A DNA stretch of 64,000 nucleotides from Zygnema circumcarinatum SAG 698-1b (Eukaryota > Plantae > Zygnematophyceae), in contig CM074808.1 in assembly GCA_037447605.1 (NCBI GenBank), forward strand, positions 1,860,001-1,924,000, read 5' to 3'. How positions within the stretch are numbered: the first letter of the stretch is position 1; the number at the start of each line of letters is the position of its first letter. The translations under genes were made by a program, and so were the position numbers. The notes beneath the pieces were generated by a model. The model was given only the letters and a program-made list of their open reading frames with translations. It did no database searches and had not been told where the DNA came from. Shown piece by piece: positions 30,540 to 41,500 of the stretch.

Positions 30540-31757
30540 TGTTGGTGCAAGGGGCAGACTCAATGAAGGATAACACATGCCCGGATGAAGCTCAAAACTT
30601 TCTTCACCTTCTACTTGGGCCACATACCGCATCCGCCACGATATGCCTTCCATCCACCCCTTGCCAGGTGCGCACAGCTGAAAACTTAACGCGCCACCTA
30701 CAAGAACTCTTCTTCATCTCCTCCATGGTCTCGGCTCCTCAACTCCACGCTCCTCCAATGATCTCCTCGTGTGGAGCAACACACCGCCCATACAATGGTC
30801 GCCTCCACTCATCCACCATGCCAATCCAACACGAGGACTCACATGACAAATGATACAGTAGTAAGTAGAAAGCCCACGGCCCTAAAACTCCTTAAACTTC
30901 ATGAGTGTAATACAAGCTCTTGAGGAAATCTACATAGATCCCTTATGCTAGATTCTCCTCCTCACATGAGCACTATTCTATCCTCTCATAGATAGCCTAC
31001 ACCCCAACTGCAGTAGCCAAGCAATACTAGCCTCCATGAACTCCTCCTCAACACATGAGGGACACACCATTTAGCTCCTTCACTAAAGCTTAGCATGATG
31101 AGAGCTAGTTCCTTCACGACCTTCATACACAAGGCCGGACTCCTCTAGGCCTCAGCCTCTGCCTACTCTTCCTTTACAACAACGGTTGAGCAGCATAACA
31201 TTCAGAGAGACTGAGTGAGTAAGGGAGCCAAGCTTGCTCCCTCTTAAACTATGGCGGCCGGCGTGACGTGACCGCCAATGTCACGTCACAGGCACACTAG
31301 CAAGCGCATGCATTCAACAGCCAGCAAGCCGTTCAACGGCCAGCTACGCGTTCAACAGCCAGCTTCGCGGTCTCACGTAAACCTACGCCAGCACCGACCT
31401 ACATAAGGTCGTCCGTACTGTTCCGCCGCCCGGCCGTNNNNNNNNNNCCGCGTCCATACGTTTCGCGTCGTTCGTACAGTCGCGCGTCGTCCGTACGGCC
31501 GCGCTCCTTTTTTTTCAAGCACATTCCGTGCACCCCCTTTGGTACGATCTAAGCCTAAGCCGTAATCCTACGACCCTAGACCTTCCCTAGACCTGCCGTA
31601 CCATGCCCTAACGATACGGGCACCCTCCATGTTCGGTCCTACACCAAACATGACCATTCATACATGACATTGTCCCTATACCACCACATTGATGTCCCGG
31701 ACAACATTCATGCTAGGAACTAAGTACCAACATCTTGATGTACCTCATACATCAACA
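30540..31757 (-). mobile_element. Solo LTR, family A (LARD-like family)
   Basis: TG...CA ends, TSD GCATG on both sides, homologous to the LTRs at 39185-40685; contains an N gap. Confidence 0.9.
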
Positions 31758-32879
31758 GCATGGATATTCCGATAGAGCTGCGAAATGACCCCAATTAAAT
31801 CCGTGATTCGAATATGACACCGTCAGCGTAGTCAATGTCTTCCCAAATGCTGGTGTCCAATAATCAAGCATTAGCGATGGTATATATGAACACTGGAGTG
31901 TCAGTCGACGAAGAGCTGAAAAAAAACGTAATTGTCGTGCAATTAGCCTGGCTTCACCATCTGAATCGTTGCCTAACGTTGATATACAGTCTGAATAGTT
32001 GTTATCAATAACGGCTACTGATGAAGCCTGCACAGCTTTTTTGAATTGTGTGCATACTGTTGATAACTGAATAGCTGATTGCATTAGCTCAGATGTGTGA
32101 CAAATACATAGTTCTAATATTTTTGTCAGCACTTCTACTGGTAACCGATTGATTGGTGCGTCAGAAACCCTGCATTGCTGATTTTCGAACGTAGAGGTCA
32201 TGAAGGACATAAATTATCTGCTGTCAAGACTGAGTTTCATTTTTTTTGTTCAGTGTTTGAGTTTAACATGTATTTGTCGGTATACTTATAGTAGTTGTTG
32301 CTGTTGTTTCCTTTGTAAGCATGGCAGTGTAATAGCCCAATTCGGATGTTTGTGACGATAGAATCTCTAACGAGAAGTTAGAGGTTTTAGAAGTTTGGGT
32401 TTGTCACCGACAACAACCGTCGTCATTGTTGGTGACCGGTTAATGTCACGGCTACGACACTGCCCTGTTATGTGCATCAAAACGTCTTTCTGTTTTACTA
32501 CTGGATACATTGCAAAAGAGGCTTATGGCTGTTGTCTTCGTACTGTACCAGAAGCCTGGCGTACGACCGATTAATAAAAATGGCTCAATTTTCGACAAAA
32601 AATTAGTCTTAAAAATATGATGAGGGTTTCGAACTTAGCGAACATGATTATCTTCAGGAACGGGTGTTCACGATGGTTTTCGTAATCGCTGGATTGTGGT
32701 TGTTGGTTGATAGTGCCTGTAACGGCATGTTTGTATCGGTGTGTGTTGTAAACCGTATCAGCTTGTTTTGTCTAACTTGGGACACGCTTATGTACAATGG
32801 TCATAATTGCAAGATTTGGAATGGTCCGGTTGACAACGCCCAAAACGGTTATCGTGTTGGTCAAATCAATAACAACTCT

Positions 32880-33724
32880 TGTTAGTGTTAGTGTATGATA
32901 GTTAGACATTACATTGGACACACTAACTTGTTGTGGTACTCAGTTGTTGAACATGAGATCTGCTAGGCGTAGTGCTTCTAGATTTAGTGATGTCGGTGTT
33001 CTGACTTAGGCGAGTGCGCCGCGAGTGCGCGGAGTTCGAACGAGCGGCGATGGTTGGTCGAGGCGCAGACGCGGATTCGCAGAGTCAGGACGCGCGCGAC
33101 TCTGATTGGTCGCGGCGCGGGCGCAAAACGCGGAGCGGAAAGTTGCGGCGCGGAAACGACATGGGAGATACTTGGCGGCGAATCGGAATGCGCCACGTGG
33201 ACCACTCGTGATGTGGGTCCGCTGGTTCGTATGTACGGCCAAAGTGTCGGCGGGCGAAGATCGCTAAGGAAGNNNNNNNNNNGCAATGGCGGACGTGACG
33301 TGACATGTGTGTCACGTCACGGGCGCCATATTATATAGTGCATAGTTTTACTATGGAAAAATAACCATACTAGTTCTGTCTCTTATTCTGTGCCTGCTCG
33401 TGCTGTCAGGCTGCCTTCACTTGTGTCGTGAGGTAGTGAGTAAGAGGGACTTACCTTGTAGTGGTGGGAGAACTTCATGTGGGTGGACATTTTATTATAA
33501 AGGAGTTTTAGAGCCGTGAGCTTTCTCCTACACTTCTCTCGATTGATTTCCGCTGTGCTTATCTCTGGTGTTCATTTTGTGAGTTATGGGCGATGAGTGA
33601 ATTGAGATAGAGCCTTGAGAGTGAAAGAGTGGGAATGTCTACATCGGTGGGAACACGAGTTCCTGTGGAGGGTGACACACGAGGTGTTGCCGGGAGCAGC
33701 GGGGATCAGTCCCCCTCTCCAACA
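32880..33724 (+). mobile_element. Solo LTR, family B
   Basis: TGTTAG...TCCAACA with TSD ACTCT (32875-79 and 33725-29); contains an N gap, so the true length is uncertain. Confidence 0.8.
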
Positions 33725-34299
33725 ACTCTAACGTACCGTATTGTGTTTGACAGATCCGTAACTGCTCTAAGATTATGAAAGAGGCTTTTGAGTTCTCAAA
33801 ACCGGTTTCTAGACAAATCCGATAACAGATTTCCAATCATAACAGGTAGCAGTTTGCGGTTTCTGGTTTCCGGTTATCGCTTTTGATTGGAAACCTGTTA
33901 TCGATTATAATTGGAAACCGGTTATCGCTAAAGATTGAAAACCGGTTATTGGTTATGATTGGAAACCAACTTTTAAATTATAGCAAGATTACAACATGGA
34001 CCTTACTTATGTCGGAATCTGAGTCGTTGTTATTAAATGAAGACTCATAACTCATAAGCCTCTTTCGTTTTTTAGAGTTGTTACGGATCTGTCAAACGTC
34101 AAATGTCGTTTACGTGTTTTTTTGCAGAAATTGCGATTGATTTCCTACATTCTTTCCGCCACCTTTTGTGTAATCTATGTCTTAACCCTGTCATGACTGT
34201 CTTATGTAATAATGTGTTGAATTGGAAAAATACAAAATGCATTCTGTCCAAAATTTACCCAGAGCAGATGAACAGGAACTTCAGAAACAATCAAGGAAT

Positions 34300-35464
34300 G
34301 TGCAGACTCATGTATGCATACTTAACACCAAGGAAAAACGAACCAAGACATCTCCCGATATAAAAAGGGTTGTTTTGCATTCGTGCTGTGTGTAACAAAC
34401 CACTGCCTCTAGCAGGGTTCAATCTCAGGACCTCCCGGTGTTCACCTAAGTGCTTTACCATTAAAAGACAACCGTGGATGTAAGTACTCGGCCATACAAC
34501 CCATGTATAGCGTTCCGCTACACTGTGTACGTGTGTTTTTCTCCAGCTCTGTTTTGGCTTCACGCAACTTATCAATGAAGTTGCCAAACTCCTTTGAAAA
34601 GACAAATTGTGTAAAAGTCGAGTCTTTGCATCTACTGATAATTGTAAAAGGAATAAAGTATATTGTTTTTGGCGGTTATCTGTCGTCGTAACGAGCCACA
34701 ATGTATGCGATACAAACAATGCAAAGAGATAGAATAAGTGAAAGAATGGTTGCACTTGTTTGGTCGACCTTTCTGCCGGTGTGTGGCCCCTGGACACGGA
34801 CGCACGGCCCCCATCGGCTGTGCACATTCCATAGCCTTTTTTTAGGTTACTCTAACCGCAAACGATTAGACATCCTTGTGGGTTTCCTTCATCGATCACT
34901 CGTCGAAAAGTGATCCATCGTACGGTTGTCCAGTGCCGTCTTCGCCTTGTGTAATCTACAATGCCAAATATCATTGTTATTGGTTAGAAGATAAGTTGAT
35001 CAATCTGTTTCCCTAATGGTGTTGTAGGTATAAATTTGTATTACCTTGTTTTTTTTTTTAGAAACCACATTTATGTCCGCTGGTGTTAAGTCATCATTTT
35101 GGTACAAGATTTTGGAGTCATCCCTTTTCATCTTTATCTGCATCCTCATCAAACAAACATGGTTTATATTAGCATCTAAGAATTAGAATTATCGTTTCTT
35201 ACTGTTTATGAAAAGATCTCCATTATGTCTTCTTACCTTTGCAGCGAATTTTCCTTCAAGTTTTTGTAATTCCCTTTTCTTGTTGCTGTCCGATAAATTC
35301 TCCCATGTGCTTGCATTGTGGCCAGTCAAGAATTTGATGGAATGTGGAAAAAATTTCGCTTCCCGTTTTTCCGAATCTGCCAACATCAAAACACGAGTAT
35401 AAATTTTTTTGAAAAAAAAAAAGAATTCACAATACTTTTTTCGTTTTTGAAAACTGCAATACAT
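34300..35464 (-). pseudogene. AT-rich, short-intron gene remnant of unknown family, interrupted by a TRIM solo LTR and abutting an LTR at 35508
   Basis: Exon-like blocks ADSEKREAKFFPHSIKFL...ELQKLEGKFAAK, RMQIKMKRDDSKILYQND, YTRRRRHWTTVRWITFRRVIDEG and FGNFIDKLREAKTELEKNTRTQ-HECK (in frame once the solo LTR is removed). No family recognised. Confidence 0.4.
34391..34522 (-). mobile_element. Solo LTR of the tRNA-derived TRIM
   Basis: 132 bp, reverse complement of the TRIM LTR, TSD CTGTG (34386-90 and 34523-27). Confidence 0.92.
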
Positions 35465-35507
35465 TCACAAAAACTGGCAAACTTAATAATTTCGATAACG
35501 GCATACG

Positions 35508-38500
35508 TGTTGGTGTGAGGGGGCAGAAGGAGAGACCTAGTGGAAGGATAAAACATGCTTGAGTGAAACTCCAAAACTTCTTCCACTTCTACTTCGGCCA
35601 CATACCGCTTCCGCCACGATATGCCTTCTCTTCCTCCCCTCACCAGGTGCGCACAGCGGAAAACAAAACACGCCACCTACAAGAACTTCTTCATCTCCTC
35701 CATGGTCTCGGCTCCTTCAGCTCCACGCTCCTCCAATGGTCTCCACGTGTGATGCGACACACCGCCCATACAATGGTCGCCTCCACCCATTCATCACTCC
35801 AATCCAACACAAGGACTCACATGTGACAAATGACACAAGTATAAGGAGAAAGCCCTCGGCCCTAAAANNNNNNNNNNGATCATTGGAGGAGCGTGGAGTT
35901 GAGGAGCCGAGACCATGGAGGAGATGAAGAAGTTCACTTGTTGAGGTGGGGTGTTTTAGTTTTCCGCTGTGCGCACCTGGTGAGAGGTGGACGAGAAGGC
36001 ATATCGTAGCGGAGCGGTATGTGGCCCAAGGAGAAGCAAAAGAAAAGTTTAGAGCTCTGATACCAAGGCATGTGATGCCCTTCCTTGTGTCTTTCCTTTC
36101 TTGCTGCCCCTTGCACCAACAAGTGGTATCAAGGCTGAGGGTAGAAGTGTGGAGCATGTAGTGCTTAAGTGATGGTGTCATGCAATCAAAAGGTTAAGGT
36201 AAGAGTGAGGGTCTTGGAGCATACTAGAGTGGGGGGGTTTCAGATCCTTGAGAGTATGAGTTCCAAAGGGATAGATCCTTGACTAGAGAAAGAGCTAAAG
36301 GGTAGTTCTTGGTGGGAGCCTAATGGCTGGCTCAAGGGTACTCAAAAAGGATGTAGTGATGGTCAAACTCCTAATCACGTTGATGGTTTCATTTGTAGCA
36401 AGCAAGTTGCCGAAGACTTAGCTTTAAAGAGCTAAGATCATGAGAGGATGCCTTTGAATTGCTAACCTGACGGCTCAATGGGAAGATGCGGAAGAAGGCT
36501 AGGTTAGCCGGGAAGAGCACATCAAAAGTGGCGCTGTTTTGAGAGACTCGGCTCAAGGGAGCCAAGGTCCGGCGGCGTGGAGGTGGTGCATCGAGTTGCA
36601 CACATTCGAGGTGACCCAACTCAACGGAGTTGGAGGAGGCAGCGTGAGAGACGCACAAGCAAGGTTGGACTAACCTTTGGAAGCTTGTATGCTCGGATAT
36701 GTCGAAGGCGAAGTTGCTTCATCGAAGGATTCGAGGGGAGGACTTGACGGCACTTCGAGAAGTGGAGAGGGCTCCAGTGCCATATCGAGATTGCCATGGT
36801 ATGTGGAGGGGACTGCCCTCCCAAGCATGCTCTTGGGATTAGAGACTAGCTTTGGAGTTAGAGACTAATGAACTAGTATCTTCACATCGGTTGTGGGAGA
36901 GGCTAGGAGAGGTGTAGGGTGGCAAGGAGTGCCACGTAAGAAGGAAGTGATTCACTGAGTGTAGTTTGGTGAAGAAACCAGAGTGTGGATGTCAGGGAAG
37001 CTAGGACCATTGCTTAAATCCTGACTAGTCTGGTGGACAGAGCTAGTGGAATTGATAGTCACTAAGTTGTTAGTGATGGACCACTAAGGTGGAGTTTAGG
37101 GAATTCCCCAAGGAGTAGTGGAGGAGATCAATTCGGAGGTAGGAAGGTCATTTACAGGAGTATTCTTCAGCGGAGGTGGATGTAGCAATGGAGGAGATGG
37201 ATACGGTGGGTGGCGTCGCGCAAGGAGGGGCAAGGCTGAAGTCGAACAAGGAGGATTGCACTCCAAGTTGACATGAAGAAGCCAAGAGTTAGATGGAAGT
37301 TCTCAAGAGATCACATTGCTAACGAACTTGCAGGAGTGAGGGATCATTCGGATCCAAGGAGATGTCAGCATGGTGGCTCAAGTGTGTCCAGACGTGGACC
37401 TGATCTGTGTCTAAAGAGTTTGCTGGGAGAGCACGCCTAGTTTACTCGAGGAACATGGGATAGAGATTTTTTCGGAGGAGGAGCCAAGTTGTTGATCTCA
37501 AGAGGAGGCAAGAGGAGCTGGTGGATCTCGAAGGAGAAGTGGCGTATAGCCGTCTTGGGAGACAAGGTTAAATCATTTTGGAAGCAAGGAGGTGGAGTTA
37601 GATGCAGGTTGCTGTGAATTTCGTCACATGCAAGTAGTGGAGACCCTTGTGGAGGGTGAGAGCGGATTAGCTTGTACTTCTTCGAAAGGGGAAGGTGCAG
37701 CGGTGGACGTTGGCACGATAGCTTGTGGAGCTCGGCATCGAAGTACTTGGACACCGAAGCTAGAAGAGCTTGAAGACGCTTGCAAGGACTAGGATCTTGA
37801 GAGGTGCCTAGGTCCGGGAGTCACAAGAGGGAAGAGGCATCGACATGGAGCTGGCGTGATCGCACTCATGAGGGGATGGCGCTTTAAAGCAAGGTACCGC
37901 AACCTTGCAAACCTTTTGGTGATAGAGTTTGGAGGGAGAGGGTTTGGTTTTCCCTCAAAAGAAGAAGATAGTAAGACTCAGGTACATGGTTGGAGGAGGG
38001 TGCTTCTAGTGTAGCCCGAGAGACCCAATCGTGCTTATCATTAGCGGAGGAGCAGCAAGGCCATAGATCGGTGATGCTGACTTCAGATGACTTCTGTCCG
38101 GAGTGGGAGAAATGAAGAAGATGCTAAGATAGAGGAGGCTGAGCAGTCTTGAAGAGTTGAAGAGAAGACCTTGAAGATTCGAGGAGCTGCGAGGGATCAT
38201 GGAGATCAAGTGGCGGCAAGGAGCGCTTGGAGGCGCGGCTGGTGGCAACGGAATCAAGGGACAAGCAGAGTGTGGAGGCTGTCATCATGATGATGGTGCA
38301 GTACACTTCCCTTCGTAGTATTCCTTAGAAAGTCACTAAAGCTGAAGGAGGTGTTTTCAGATGCATAGGAAGGTGCAAGAATTACACTCGTTGGAGAAAT
38401 TTGACACGCAATCAAGAAAGTGTCAAGCAGGGTTTGAAGGACCTTGATAGGGGAAGCGGAACATCTGGTTAGCTGGCTCATTGATGGAGTAAGTGAGCAG

Positions 38501-41500
38501 AATTAAGACCCCAAAGGTGGAGTACAAGAGGAGGGTGCCGAGATGTCAAAGCTAGAGGTGGCTTTGGAGGACCAGTCCTTGTACAAGGAGGCTGTTTAGC
38601 TTAAGAGGGGGTAGTTAAGGTGTTCAGATTCGACCTTGGCAGATGGTGCCGAGGGGAGCTTGTCCATGGGGGACAAAGGTAGTTCATAGTGTGGGGTCCC
38701 AGGATCGTGTAGAGGAAGTTGTTGGTGAAGGCGGCACNNNNNNNNNNCTACAACAAATGGCGAGAGTACCACTAGGAGGATTCGAAGGACAACTATGAAG
38801 GACCTCATGTTTATGAGGGGGTGAGCGGCAATGAAGAAGACGACATTCTGAATGTGTGAGTTGGGAGGAGAAGTTGTGACTTCTCGGGTTTACCTTGGAG
38901 GATGAATTTGGAAGACTTTTGGGGAAGTTGAAGGTTCCCAACACATTGTTGACAAGGTGTCAATTGCGCTCAAGGAGAATCTGATGTGCAACGATTGCAC
39001 ATGCGGAGTGAAGACCATCTTCAGGAGGAGGTGGCCCGGGGGAGAGTGCAATGGCTGTTGCATTCACGGTGGAATCAATTCAAGGGAATTGGTGAGCAAG
39101 CGGCAAGGTATGCTTAAGTGTTGCGTAAGCTTAGGGTGCCATGTTAGTATAGCTTGCAAGGAACTTACGTACCAAGAGGGGGATTGTTGATGTATAGGGT
39201 ACATCAAGGTGTTGGTACTTAGTTCCTAGCATGAATGTTGTCCGGGACATCAATGTGGTGGTATAGGGACAATGTCATGTATGAATGGTCATGTTTGGTG
39301 TAGGACCGAACATGGGGGGTGCCCGTATCGTTAGGGCATGGTACGGCAGGTCTAGGGAAGGTCTAGGGTCGTAGAATTACGACTTAGGCTTAGATCGTAC
39401 CAAAGGGGGTGCACGGAATGTGCTTGACCGAAAAGGAGCGCGGCCGTACGGACGGCGCGCGACTGTACAGACGACGCGAAACAAATGGACGCGGAGATAT
39501 TTGGCGCGAGAGGCGGATCTGCACGAAGCGACATGATTGGTCGCGCCAGCGTGCAGATAGCGACGCAGTCTTCGGGCGTGACGTGACGCGGAAGTCGGTT
39601 GAAGAGATTGGAGATGTCGGCGGCGAATGAGGAGGTGGCACGTGGCATTGCTTGGACCCTTAGTGCGGTCCGCGGCTCTGACGAGGTCAACTGAGGAGGG
39701 GACCGAGTCAGATCTTGACTGGGAGGCTGACATGTACGGCTGGGCGGCGGACGTGTACGGCCGGGCGGCGGAACAGTACGGACGACCTTGCGTAGGTCGG
39801 TGCTGGCGTAGGTTTACGTGAAGTCGTGTAGCTGGCTGTTGAACGCGTAGCTGGCCGTTGAACGGCTTGCTGGCTGTTGAATGCATGCGCTTGCTAGTGC
39901 GCCTGTGACGTGACATCGGGTGTCACGTCACGCCGGCCGCCATAGTTTAAGAGGGAGCAAGCTTGGCTCTCTCACCTCACTCACCTCTGAATGTTATGCC
40001 GCTGCTCGACCGTTGGCTGTAAGGGAAGAGTAGGCAGAGTGGGCTGAGGGCTCCAGGAGTCCGGCCTTGTGTATGAAGGTCGTGAAGGAACTAGCTCTCA
40101 TCATGCTAAGCTTTAGTGAAGAAGTTAGATGGTGTGTCCCTCATGTGTTGAGGTAGAGGAGGAGTTCATGGAGGCAGGTAGTGCTTGGCTACTGCAGTTG
40201 GGGTGTAGGCTATCTATGAGAGGATAGGATAGTGCTCATGTGAGGAGGAGAATCTAGCATACGGGATCGATGTAGATTTCCTCAAGAGCTTGTATTACAC
40301 TCATGAAGTTTAAGGAGTTTTGGGGCCGTGGGCTTTCTCCTTACTACTGTATCATTCGTCATGTGAGTCCTCGTGTTGGATTGGCGTGGTGGATGAGTGG
40401 AGGCGACCATTGTATGGGCGGTGTGTTGCTCCACACGAGGAGATCATTGGAGGAGCGTGGAGTTGAGGAGCCGAGACCATGGAGGAGTTGAAGAAGTACA
40501 CTTGTAGGTGGGGTGTTTAGTTGTCCGCTGTGCGCACCTGGCAAGAGGTGGACGAGAAGGCATATCGTGGCGGAAGCGGTATGTGGCCCAAGGAGAAGAA
40601 AAAGAAAAGTTTTGAGCTCTGATACCCAGGGCATGTGTTGCCCTTTCCTTGTGTCTTTCCTTTCTTGCTGCCCCTTGCACCAACAAGTGGTATCAGAGCT
40701 AAGGGTTGAAGTCTTGGAGCATCTAGTGCTTAAGATTCAGTCTTAGAGCTTATGGTTGCAATCCGAAAGAGTACCAAGTGAGAGTGAGGGTCTTGGAGCA
40801 TACTAGAGTGGGGGGTTTCAGATCCTTGAGAGTATGAGTTCCAAAGGGATAGATCCTTGACTAGAGAAAGAGCTAAAGGGTAGTTCTTGGTAGAAGCCCA
40901 ATGGCTGGCTCAAGGGTACTCAGAAAGGATGTAGTAATGGTCAAACTCCTAATCACGTTGATGGTCTCATTTGTAGCAAGCAAGTTGCCGAAGACTTAGC
41001 TTTGAGGAGCTAGAGTCATGAGAGGATGCCTGAGGAGTACTAGTCTTGACAGCTCAATGGGAGGAGTGCGAAAGAAGGCTAGATTAACGGCATTGGCGTT
41101 GGCGCTGTTTTGAGAGACTTCGGCTCAAGGGAGTCAAGGTCTGACGGCGTGGAGGTGGTGCATCGAGTTGCACACATTCGAGGTGACCCAACTCAGCGGA
41201 GTTGGAGGCAGCGTGAGGGACGCACAAGCGAAGGTGGGACTCACCTTTGGACGCTTGTATGCTCGGATATGTCGAAGGCGAAGTCGCTTCATCGAAGGAT
41301 TCGAGGGGAGGACTTGACGGCACTTCGAGAAGTGGAGAGGGCTCCAGTGCCATATTGAGATTGCCATGGTATGTGGAGGGGAAGACCCTTCAAACACGCC
41401 TTGGGGTTAGAGACTGGGGCTTTGTTAGAGACTAATGAACTAGTATCTCACATCGGTTGTGGAGAGGTTAGGAGAGTAGTGTAGTGGGTGGCAAGGGAGT

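Larger units (their letters stand above)
29171..32210 (-). pseudogene. Intronless F-box/LRR gene disrupted by a TRIM, a solo LTR and one in-frame stop
   Basis: F-box INRLPVEVLTKILEL. Removing 30540-31757 plus one GCATG gives ...SEYPC-LETLN; removing 29769-30215 plus one TTCCA gives ...GVDG-NIGKA. The result is 1365 bp in a single frame with one TAA (30247-30249). Confidence 0.8.
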
